A stretch of 64,000 bases of DNA. Origin: Vitrella brassicaformis CCMP3155 (Eukaryota > Protista > Chromerida). A program made the position numbers and the translations under genes. Where the stretch lies: NCBI GenBank assembly GCA_001179505.1, contig CDMY01000495.1, positions 1,257 through 65,256 of the forward strand. Direction: 5' to 3'. Each line of letters starts with the position of its first letter. Position 1 is the stretch's first letter. The notes below the pieces were generated by a model, which was given only the letters and a program-made list of their open reading frames with translations, ran no database searches and was not told the DNA's origin. Positions 50,369 to 62,071 of the stretch are shown here, piece after piece.

Positions 50369-53226
50369 ATGAATGTATCTCAGGTAACAGAGGCACGTAT
50401 TGTGAGCAAAAGCAGGCATCACCTCATGGCATGCAGTCCAATGGCGGTGTTGTGATTCAGTTGAAGGAGCAGGCGGCGGGCGTGGAGCAGGGCCTGGACC
50501 AGCTGCTGCAGCTCCAGTCAGAGGTGTGTGATACGACTGACGCTAGCACCTGACTGACGCACACGGAGTGTCATGATTAGTGACGAAAGCAAAGGCGCTC
50601 ATTGCATTTGTGGCGTGTTGGTTCCTGCTATACTCTGTCGGTGCATCATGCAGGTTGGCGCTTGTTTGTCCCAGATCAAGCAGGTGGACCCTGCCAATCA
50701 CCCGGCTGAGGTACAGACACAAGACGAAACGGACGACACCGGGCAGCCGATTCACCGCGCTTCACTGATTGGTGTCTGCTGTTCTCTCTCCTGTGTGTCT
50801 GTCGCAGGAGTCATCACCTGAGTCGCTGCAGGTCCACGTCCAGCTGTCCCTCGCTGCCGCCCACGTCGACAGTGCCGTCACTCAGCTGTCGTCCGTCAAA
50901 TCGGGGCTCTCGGGAGCGGTTGATGCGCTGACGGCCACAGCCACGCCACCAGCAGCCACTAGCTCGGCAGCTGCAAATGCCGACGGACAGTCACAGGTAC
51001 AGACCATGCAAGGCAATGCAATGCAGAGCTCTGAGAGAGCATTGTGTCCATTACATGTGTTTTGGTCACAGGCACGGCGTCCATCGTATCGTTTGATCCA
51101 TCAAAGCGGCAACCCTCCCCCCGTCAACAAAGAAGGACCGGTGAGGGCCACGCACAGCAATCTGTGCGATGTAATCAGCCCATGGCGTGTTGTTGTCATG
51201 TTGGTTGCCACTTCAGGCCCGTCTTCGTCTGTCCCGCGATGAGTTGGCCAGCGTGTTCGGCCATCTGCAGCCCTGGGAGCTGACGCGCCACCGCCGGCGT
51301 CTCGGCACGCCCCTCTTCCATCAGTCGGCCGCCAACTACACCCACCTGGTCATCGACTGTGAGGACGAGACGGCGCGGCACATGTGGGAGACCATGCCAC
51401 TCGACGTGGCGCACAAGTGGGGGCAGAGGGCGACCAACGTGCGAGAGATCAAGCACCGCTACCCCAAGTGGCAAGAGAGCTGGTGTCGCGGCACCTGGGT
51501 CGCCGTGGTCGAGGGGCATGCGAGGGGCCGGGCGGCCATCGCACGCAAGAAACGACGAGAGAGGGAGGGAGGGGAGGGGACAGCGGCTGCCGCGCCAGGG
51601 CAAGGGGATCAGCCGGCTGACGAGGGCACATTGGAGGTGCTGTCATTCGAGGCCGTCGAGCTCGACGACAGCATTGACATCCCCAACCCTCCCCCCTCAT
51701 CTGACCTGCTCCCCGCCCCCGCCGCCCCCATCCACCTGTCCGCCCTCACGACGGTCGACAACATCCCCAGGGAGTTTCTGAGGGCTCGCGTGGGCCGCCA
51801 GTGGCGCACACCTGCCGTCAAGTCGCTTATCACCAGGGACATGGCTAGTGATCTAAGGTCAAGGGTGGTTAGTGGTCTAAGGGCATGGCTGGCCGAGGCC
51901 ATTGAGGAACTGGACCTCAAGGGATGGGATGCCGACATGACGGCCGATGGGCTGAGTGTGCTGCCCGCCGACGGGAAGTCGTTGGCGGCGCTCCGCACAC
52001 TCCGGGGCGTCCGGATGGATTGGAGCCGCCCCGCCGACATCGACAGGCTGCGTGAGGTGATGGTGGCGAGGGGCGTCAGCCGGTCCATTCGCGAGCTCGA
52101 GATCGACATGGGGTGGAGGATGCCGAGCACTAACGAGTACTGGGAGAGACTGCAGAGGGTCGCACGGCTCATGTAAGGACACAATAGAGGGAGGGACAGA
52201 GAGAGAGAGAGAGAGGGAGGGGGGAGGGGGGGAGGGGCTGCAGAGAGACGGTGCAATTCATTCCTGTGCTTTGTCTTCGACCAGTGACGCCATTGCTCAC
52301 CCCGAAGCAGTCAAGAAGGGCGTCTTCGCACTCAGCAACGACGGCACCTGTGGACAGATTTCCGCGGAGCTCCTCTCGCGCAGCAGCACCGGCCCCGCCG
52401 CCGCCCAGAAGCTCATCAACGAGTACGCCAAGGTCGCTCACACCGTGGTGTACAGCGGAGGCGACGAGGCCGTCCCTGCGGCCATCACCGACGACTCATT
52501 CCCCGCCGCGAGCACCCTGCTGCTCTTTGGTGGTGCCCTGGCCAATGAGGCCAAGAAGAAGCGGTCGGTCGAGATCGCCTCCCATATGCCCAGCCTGTCC
52601 TGCATCGAGACAAGAGGCGCTCCTGCTAGTGAGGTGTGAGTGTCCCTCGAGCGGCTGCAGGCGGCGCTGGTCCGCCGGGGGCGGGAGAGGAACCTTTCAG
52701 TGCATTGGCCCATCCAGCCGAGTGCATTTGTGGAGCCCGTGTACACTGACGGGAGTCCCTGTCTGTGGGGGCGGGGCAGCAACGACAAGCTGCCGTCGGT
52801 CGAGGAAGTGACGATCACCGTGCTCGGTGAGGGGATGGGGGTGCAAAGGGGAACCAGCAGCCATGGCGTCTGTGTATGGGGTGTGTGTTTATTTACTAAA
52901 GGTGCTTTACACGATGAGTTTGAGACCTTTTACAGTAACGTGATTGCCACGATCACCTCATTCAATGACGAACTCAAGGTAACGCAACACAATACACCAT
53001 ACAGACACAGCTGTCCGGCAATGTGTATATGTCGTTCGTCCTCTTGGCTGAACACTAGGGCCACAAGAAGACCTGTGTAAGGGTACTTAACGATGCCCTG
53101 CGCACCGACTTCGAGCGGCGCTTCATGGCGCAGCATGCCGGCATCAGCCTCCTCAACGGCGGGCCCTACAAGCTCAGCCTTGATGGCGATAAGCTGTATG
53201 TCGAGCGCCGCGATATTGGCATATAA
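50369..53226 (+). pseudogene. Lineage-specific F-box-like/LRR-like family member, copy A; in-frame TGA at 52637-52639 (truncated gene or pseudogene)
   Basis: Exon-by-exon homology with the minus-strand copy B; EV*VSLE here versus EVWGFLE in copy B; homologous exons continue to TAA at 53226. Confidence 0.65.
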
Positions 53227-54630
53227 GTAAGTAACGAGCGCGTCGTACACACAAGCTGCACACGCGCCACCGACGCGTCTGTGTGTCCGACCTGTGTCTG
53301 TCTGTGCTGTGCTTTGCTGTGCAGTGTCACACGTATCTTGTCCGGTAGGGCGGGAATAGACAGACAGACGCTGGCTACCCCTTTCAGTCAGCATGCTAGT
53401 GTTCCGTGTCCCACTGTTTGTTGAAGTGTCGAGTGTGCATGTGCTAATCCATCAGGACTGCTTGTGGATGCGATGCGCCGATGCGTCCATGCTGGCTTGC
53501 TCAGTTGTTTGGTATCTGACATGACCCACTGACTGCGTTTCGAATGCATTCGATGCCATACATATCATCAACCACTGCACTGTGGTGGCCGACTATGTAA
53601 CGTAAGCAACAGTCAGTATCTGGCGGTCCACGACCGCCTCATCGACACCGATATACAAAGGCATCCCTGAGCGCCCTTAAGGGAGAATACAACACTCAAA
53701 GCCCTTCCACTGGACAAGAACACAGCATTGAAAACTCACTTGAATTATCTGTCTATCGGTCTTAGTGGACGAACGTGTCTCTGTGTCTGTGTGTCTCCCT
53801 GTACACAAATGACTAACAAAAGGGCCAGAATGCCCCACGTTCTCCAGCCGTCATGCAACCCTTCCTCCTTTCCTCACCCCTCAGTCTGCATCGCTACGTA
53901 TGCTACTGTAATCTGACACACCTGGCGGCCGATACATGCGTTGACGCGCTGTCATACTCTTCCTTCCTTCAACTCCTGCAGCCCAGCCAATCAATTAGAG
54001 TGATGTCTCACTCACTCACCTTTGGCTGTCTGTCTTTCTGTCTGTCTGTCTGTCTGTGTGTTGGGTTCATTGATAAATGAGTGCAATGATCACGTGTACG
54101 CTCCTGCCTCCTCTCCCTTGCGGCTGACCTTGAGTGACTGCCTGCCTTGCTGGCGTCTGGCAAGAGGGGGTTGAAGCGCCAGTGCCTTTGATAGGCTTTG
54201 GTGTGTCCATGTTGAGTGATGTGACTGACTGACCGACCCACCGGCTGGCTGATTGGTGCCCAGTGGAGACATCCACGTGTGCGATCTGGAGGATGCAGAC
54301 ATTAAACGGAGCCACTCAGCCAGTCAGGCGTGTATGCACCATCGATATGCACACGCATCAAGCTCTCAGCACACCCACAGCAACACACGGCACAGCCAGC
54401 CACAGTGGGCCGTGGTGGCTGTGAGGGAAGCCATCTCTTCCCGCTAACCAGCCACTCACTCATCTAGCTGTCTGTCTGCTCTCCCACCCCACCGCTCTAC
54501 GCACACCGTCAAGGTGTTGTCGCCCAGCATCCATCCATCCATCCATCTGAAGCTCTCTCAGCAACCTTCATGGGCCGCCGAGTGACCATCTGACAGGCGA
54601 CACACACGGCCAGACAGACAGACACTCAAG

Positions 54631-57497
54631 TTACGTGGTGGGCGGTGGTGTGTGTGATGTGTGTCCTACCCATGTGCCGGCACTGCGCTCGACGCACAGC
54701 CCTTGGCCATCGAGGCTGAGCTTGTAGGGCCCGCCGCTGAGGTTGAGGCCGGCCTGCTGCGCCATGAAGCGCCGCTGGAATTCGGTGCGCAGGTTACCGC
54801 CAAACAAACCCACATATGTCTTCTTGTGACCCTGCAGGGCAAATAGGACGAATGGCGTAGCCACACTGCCTGACAGCTGTGTCTGTATGGTGTGTTGCGT
54901 TGCGTTACCTTGAGCTCGTCCGTGAAGGACGTGATCGTGACCATCACGTTACTGTAAAAGGTCTCATAGTGGTCATCATCCGTCGGCCCGTCATCATCTA
55001 GATCACCTTCAGTGAATGAACACACACCCCATGCACAGACGCCATGACTGCTGGTTCCCCCCTGCGCCCCCATCCCCCCTTACCGGACACGATGATACCG
55101 GACACGATGATCGTCACTTCCTCGACCGGCGGCAGCTTGTCGTTGCTGCCCCGCCCCCACAGACAGGGGCTCTGCCAGTCGTGCACGGGTGCTGTGAATT
55201 CGTTTGGCGACAGGTCGAGGCACAGCGTCAGGCTCCTCTCCCGCCCCCTGCTGACCAGCGCCGCCTGCAGGTGCTCGAGGAACCCCCACACCTCACGAAC
55301 AGGCACCAGCAGCAAAGCGTGCTCATGGTCTCCTATCTCGATGCGCGACAGGTTGGGCATGTTGGAGGCGATCTCGACCGCCCGCTTCTTCTTGGCCTCA
55401 TTGGCGAGGGCATGCTCCAGCAGCGACAGTGTGTGGGCGGCGCGGAAGGTGTCGTCCGTGATGGTTGCAGGGACGGCCTCGTCCTCTCCGCTGTAGGACA
55501 CGGTGTCGGCTCTCTTGGCGTACTCGTCAATGACCCGCTGCATAGTGGGAGTGCCGCTGCTGCTACGCGAAAGGAGCTCGGCGTCGATACTATGATAGCA
55601 TGCATCCCCGTCACCGTCGGCCACAATGCGATTCGACAACGCCTCGTGATGAGCGACGACGTCACTGCAGAAAAGCACCAAAAGAGCAACGAGCACATGA
55701 TGTGTACGTCACGTGTACTTGACCCTTTTCTCTTCTCATGTATCCTTACACGAGTTGTGCAGTTTTCTGCAGTCTCTCCCAGTGCTCGCCCATGTTCCAC
55801 AGACCACTACCCATGCCGATCTCGAGCTCACGAATGGACTGCCTGACGCCCCTCGCCACCATCACCTCACGCAGCTCGTCGATGTCGGCGGGGGTGCTCC
55901 GATACATCTCGACGCCTCGAAGTGTGCGAAGCGCTTTCAGCGACTTCCCGTTGGCGGGCAGCACCCTCAGCACATCGGCCGAGTCCTCTGCGTCCACTCC
56001 GTTGAGCTGCAGCACTTCGACCGCCTCGCAGTCGGCCAGCCATGCCCTCGCGCCCTCCGCCGCTAACAGACAATCTTCGGTGACGAGCGACTTGACGGCA
56101 GGTGTCCGCCACTGGCGGCCCACGCGAGCCTTCAGACACTGCCTAGGGATGTTGTCGACCGTCGTGAGGGCGGGCAAGTGAGTGGGCTCGGTGGGGGCGG
56201 GGGGCAGATCACATGAGGGGACAGGGTGGGGGATGTCAATGCTGTCATCGAGCTCGACGGCCTCGAAGGACAGCATCTCCAATGTGCCCTTGTCAGCCGA
56301 CTGATCCCCTTGCCCTGCTGGCGCAGCAGCAGTCTCCTCCCCTCCCTCCCTCTCTCGTCGTCTCTTCTCTGCGATGGCCGCCCGGCCCCGCCCGTGACCC
56401 TCGACAATGGCCACCCAGGTGCCGCGACACCACTTTCCTTCAAGCCACTGGGGGGGGCGGTGCTTGATCTCTCGGACGTTGATCGCTCTCTCGCCCCATC
56501 TGTGTGCCACGGCCAGCGGCATGGTCTCCCACATGCGCCGCGCCGTGTCGTCCTCACAGTCGATGACCAGGTGGGTGTAGTTGGCGGCCGACTGATGGAA
56601 GAGGGGCGTGCCGAGACGCCGGCGGTGGCGCGTCAGCTCCCAGGGCTGCAGGTGGCCGAACACGTTGGAGAGCTCATCACGCGACAGCCGACGACGGGCC
56701 TGAAGTGACAATCAACATGACATCAAAGTAAGGTCAAGAGGATTCGATGTATCAGATCTGTCATGGTGTCGGTCTGACCGGTCCTTGATTCACATTCACA
56801 GGTGGAGGGTTGCCACTCCTGTAGACGAGGCGAAACGACGGACGGCTCACTGCAGGTGCCTGCGACACAACACGCCAACACACAAGACAAAAACAAATAT
56901 CCACAACGTGCTGTGCCCGTCGTGTGTGCGTACGTCGGTCTGCCCGTCGGCTGCCGGGCTACTGGTGGGCGGTGCATCCCCTGAGGGAGTGAGTGCATCT
57001 ACAGTACTGGAGAGGGCGGGTGCCAGGCACGACAGCTGGTTGACAGAGGCCGTGCAGTGGCTGGCCAGGAGGCGCAGCTGAAGCCGCAACGACTCATGCG
57101 AAGACGCCTGAAATGCCCTAGAGGGGAAACATCAGTCAGTCGTCGAGTCAGTCACCATTGTGTAGGTGATGGCGGTTACAGTACCTGTGCAGGGTCATCA
57201 CTGTTTGACAGGTCCAGCTGATTGATTCGCGATAGAGAGCCGCCCACCTGCATTCATGCAGCACGCCATCCATCCATCCATTCAATGAGTACCCACAATT
57301 CAAGCGCAGCCGTGTGTTTGCACGACCGTACCTGCGATTGCAACTCCTGGAGCTGACGCAGGCTTTGCTCAATACTCGCGGCCTCAGCCTTGACCTGCAG
57401 ATGGATGGACGGATAGCACGTGCCGAACGAGCATCACATCGCAACGCATCAATGAGACCCCACCAGTCCGTTGTTCACTCACCTGCGCCGCATCCAT
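54631..57497 (-). CDS. Lineage-specific F-box-like/LRR-like family member, copy B (intact as far as visible; last exon uncertain)
   Basis: MDAAQ|VKAEAASIEQ..|..RLSRDELSNVFGHLQPWELTRHRRRLGTPLFHQSAANYTHLVIDC..; same intron positions as copy A. Confidence 0.75.
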
Positions 57498-57570
57498 GGC
57501 TGGACGTCAAGAGAGTGAGCTACCTCATTACGGAACGACTTCGACGACCCGTAAAACAGACGCGAACATC

Positions 57571-57578
57571 TGCGAGCT
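57571..57578 (-). promoter_or_regulatory. AGCTCGCA motif in the paralog-B/GNAT spacer
   Basis: TGCGAGCT within the 110-bp spacer. Confidence 0.45.
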
Positions 57579-57607
57579 CGGCCGAGAAAAAGAGCTCCCA
57601 AAGCGCC

Positions 57608-58653
57608 ATGTTTGTCTGTTGGATCTGTAGCTGGGCTGTCCAGGCCGCCTTGGCCTTCCAAATGCCGCACATGCCGAGGCAGATCATGCCCACGGGACAG
57701 TTCTCTGTTCGCGTGGCACGCGCCGAGGTGAGGAAGGAGTGGAGGATGACACAGCACAGAACGAGCACACCACGATTGACATAGATCTTCACTCATGCAT
57801 GCCATTTGCACACATGCAGGCTGAGCTTGAGATGGTCGCACGTCAGAGGACGTCCGTGCTGAGGAGCAACTCGGTGGATGTCAAGGCTCCTGAGTCGAAG
57901 CGGCGCGCCCTGGAGGCCCGCATAGCTCCTCTGAGGCGGAACGACACGTACGTCCTCATCGCCATCAATACGCAGTGTCCGCAGACTGAGCCGCTCATCG
58001 GTACCTGTGGATCGGACGGACACATCACATGGGGGAAAGGCAGACGGACAGGACACATGGCGTGTCGTGTGTTGTGTGTCTGCATTGCATTGCAATGCAG
58101 GTACGCTCGACTGCGTGCTGTCTAGTTCTCAGCTCTTCATGAAGTGAGCTGGGATGCACACATTCGCTGAGATGGCTGCTAGAAGTCTCTGTGTGTGTCC
58201 GCGCAGAAATCTGTGGACACACAAGGACCACAGGAGGAAGGGCGTGGCGTCATCTTTGCTCGACCAGGCCATCATGCTGGCAGGCCAGATGGGCGTCAAG
58301 CTCATCATGCTCGAGGTCGACACATACAACACGCGTAAGGGAAACAGACACACACACAAGACGCCACCTGTCCGGACCACCAGACACGCGCCTCGCCATG
58401 CCATGCCATGCCATGCCATGCATGTGTGTGTTTGTTGCTTGTGTGCCTGTGTGCAGCGGCCATGAGGCTATACGAAAAGTACGGCTTTCAGTCAGTCTCG
58501 TTCGGCGCGGGGCTGCTCAAGGTACTCCGTGTTGGCCGGATCGCCATGAGGAAGAGGATTAATGTTCCCGGCTCTGGCTCTGGATCGAGGGAGACGGTCA
58601 CCGACAGGGAGAGCAAAGGCTCGCGGCAACTGGTGGCGACATGCGCGTCGTAA
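57608..58653 (+). CDS. GNAT (RimI-like) N-acetyltransferase with a putative plastid presequence
   Basis: KNLWTHKDHRRKGVASSLL (motif A), MLEVDTYNTPAMRLYEKYGF (motif B); N-terminus MFVCWICSWAVQAALAF followed by an R/Q/M-rich stretch. Confidence 0.85.
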
Positions 58654-59149
58654 TGTGCCTAGCAGCTGGGACGATGGCTGTGTGTACAATAGTCCTCCTT
58701 TTTGGGGCTGGAGTGAGTGAGTGCATGTATCTATCTATTGAATAGAGTCTGTGTGAGTGGGAGGGCAGGGCACCACGTGCAGTGCAGCCTCCGAGCTCTG
58801 TCTGTCCGCTAGCTACTAGGGTGGCCGGCCGCGGAATTCCTGCCGGCAGGATTTTGGAGCACAGATGGACGGACGAGTGAACACTGACGTGCGATCACCA
58901 TGAGGGCGAGAAAGTGTACAGCTAGATCATAGATAGATGGATGGATGGATAGCCAGTGATAGCCATGCGGGCGATGCGATGATGAACCTCTGATGTGCCT
59001 CTGGTGTGTGTGCATAGACAGACAGACTCATATACATAATACGCCTTTACAGGTGTCTTAACCAGTCACTCATCCCCCACAGACATCGATCCATCCATCC
59101 ATTGCGATAGAGCTGCCTTACACACAACAGAGACGTCGGATGAATCACG

Positions 59150-61142
59150 TCATGTCTGCATCAGCAGCATCTGGGGGGCCGGCTGCCTTTCTCTCTGTCT
59201 CTCCTTCGCCATGCCCACATAGTGCCTCTCAGCCTCGTCCCTCCTCGGCACCACACGCACCTCGTTGATCCGCCTCCCATCGCTCGCCGTCACGTGGAAG
59301 TCATACGGCACCTTGCCCAGCAGGATGTGGTCGCCCACAGAGGGAATCCGCCCGGCCTCGTTGCACAGAAAACCGCTCAGTGTTTGGAAGCTTCTGAAGT
59401 CTTCCTCAGTGATGATGGCTCCCAGCTGCTGCCCCAGGACGTTGCACACGTCTTCAAGTTCGGCGTTGCCCTTTATGGAATAGCAGTCTGTGCTCTCGTC
59501 ATAGTAGATGAGGGCGCTCTTGGCTCTGCGGGACTGGGAGGGCTCGGAGGCGCCCTTGAATTCGCTGGACGAGGAGGCGTAGAGCTGATCGTCTTCGCTT
59601 TTCATGATCTCTTCTAATATGTCTTCCATCGTCACTGACCGATATGCACACAATAGAGACATGGCAGACCCACTCGCAAATGCCATGGTGCGTGTGGGTC
59701 TCTCCTTACCAATGCCAGCAGTACCGCCGTATTCATCAGCCACAAGAACCATGCGCAGATTGCGTTTTCGGATCTCCTGCACACACACACACACACATGG
59801 ACGGAGAGTGACCAGCCGTAGCATTGGCCCCCCTCCCTCTTTGTTCATCTGGGCGTACCTGAAAGACGGCGAACACGCTCATGGTCTCGGGCACCACGTA
59901 CGCCACCCCCATCAGCTGTTCCACGCTTGTGTTGTCGAAACTCGCCTGCGATGGCGTCCACCTCTCCCCGCCCTCAGTGCCGTGGGGATAGTCGATGTTG
60001 ATCAGGTCCTTGACACTCAACACGCCCACGATGCGATCGATCTCACCGTCAATCACCGGCAGCCGGTGGTGTCGGGTCTCCTGACAAACCTTCAGGAACT
60101 CAGAAACAGTGGCCGTCTTGTCGATGGCCACAATGTCCACTCGGGGACACATGACCTCCTTGATTGCCCGGCTCTGCAGCAGCTCCGCTGTGGCAAATGC
60201 ACTGCCGGACGCGCCGTCCCCCTGCGCGTCCACCTCCTTTACTACTCGCTGCTGTAATGGGGGCAGGGGGAACCGAAGCCCACCAAACCGCGACACAGGC
60301 AATCCCAGCACCAGGAGCATCTCACGACACCGGCCGGTAGCCCACCGCCATCCCGTCCGCAGAGGGCAGAGCACCCCGTTGATAGCATTGACAGGAGGGA
60401 GGACACGGCGGCACACCCACTCTGGCAAAGCGGCGCCCACCGAGCGAGGCACGAACTCCCCCAAGACGAAGGTGAGAAAGGCCAGCACGGTGATGGCCGA
60501 GAGAATCGGCGGCTGCCCCAGCGCCTTGCCACTGCGGAAGAGCTTGGCAAGATGATGGAGCGGGGCGAGATGGGCTGCCATAACTCGGGACACAGCCACC
60601 AACACGAAGACCACAGCTGCGGCTGAGCTGACGAGCGATTGCAGAGCATAGAGGGTCGCCAGGATGCCGCTGTCGGACGGCTTTTGCAGCGGCACAAACA
60701 CTGACAGCCTCCCCTCCTTGTCAACGATCTCGTCGATCTCCGAGGCATCCAGCGATGCAATGGCCGTCTCGGCTGCGTTGAGCAGCACCTGTATGCCGAA
60801 CAGAGCCACCCACAGGACACACAGCTGGTTGCCGATCACAAAGTGGCCCGCTCCCATGGCCATCTCCATCAGTCGTCGAAGCACACCAATGGCTGAAGTG
60901 ACGGGAGTGGGAGCAGTCGGAACGGGAGCAGCTGCCAAGAGGCGCCCATGCGCGGCAGTGGGGGTTCGCACAGTTGAGAGCGAATAGCAGCGCCGGGACA
61001 GAGATGGCGGCGTGGCCTTGCGCGGCCGACTGGTCCATGATGGGCTGAAAGTGAAGCCGCAGCATTCATTGCTGAGCATCGATGGACCCGTCTGAGTGCC
61101 GAGCAGCTGAGAAAAAGTCATCAAAGCACCGATATTCCTCAT
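59150..61142 (-). CDS. CNNM/CorC-HlyC family protein (DUF21 + CBS pair + transporter-associated domain), putative plastid presequence
   Basis: LNAAETAIASL, TFVLGEFVPRSVGA, IKEVMCPRVDIVAID, HHRLPVIDGEIDRIVGVL, VADEYGGTAGIVTMEDILEEI, FQTLSGFL..GRIP..GD. Confidence 0.9.
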
Positions 61143-61357
61143 TCCTCACACAGATCCAGCCATCACTCAAGCGGCACCAGCGGCAGAGATCCGAATCATT
61201 CTTCCGCCACGGTACTCATCATGTTTAGGCGCGGCGATGGCCAGGAGTGTGTACGCATACCAAGCGCTGCCATGTTTTTGGGCGCAGGGAGGGCGCGAGC
61301 TTGGACTGAAGGGAAGCGATCGGAAGAGGCAGAGAAGAAACGGCGAAAGAGAGAGGA

Positions 61358-61987
61358 ATGAGCGGCATGCGAGGAACCGACAACTGGAAACGGGGATGGA
61401 CTGTGGTTGTGGCTTCCTGGATGGTCCACTTCAGCAACTTCGTAAGCGGATGCACGCGAAGGGCACCAAGAGAGAGATGTGTCACTTGTCTTGCTCTTCC
61501 TTCCTCTGTGTGTGATGAAAACAGGGAACCCTCTACACATTCGTAAGGAAAGCACGCCTGAAAGGAAGATCTTGCAGACCTTACTGTGTGCTGATGGATG
61601 GCTGCATGCAGGGAGTGTTCTTTCCCTACCTCTTGGACGCCTTCGGGGAGACCAAGGCCCTCGCCGCACTGGTCGGCTCCGTGTCGGCCTCTGCCTTCTT
61701 TTTCTTGGGATTCATCAACGGCGCCTTAGTGATGAAATATGGGCACAGAAGGTGCGCCATGTGGATCTGGTTCACTCATGCGATATTTCTTGTTTCTATT
61801 CTCTATCTGTCCATCCGTCACATCACCCACCAGTATGGCTCAAGTGGGTGCGGTGATTGTACTGGGCGGTCTGGTGGCGAGTTCCTTCGTCACTGATTTA
61901 TGGCAGCTGTTTCTCACATATGGCGTCGTCAGCGGGTTCGGCTTCGGCCTCAGCTACAGTGCGTTTCTTGCGTGCAGACAGACAGAT

Positions 61988-62018
<31 letters not shown>

Positions 62019-62035
62019 TGCGTGCAATGTCTGCG

Positions 62036-62071
<36 letters not shown>

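Noticed and set aside
52637-52639. TGA as a selenocysteine or recoded codon
   Set aside because: The paralog has Trp, not Cys, at this position, and other genes in the window use TGA as a normal stop.
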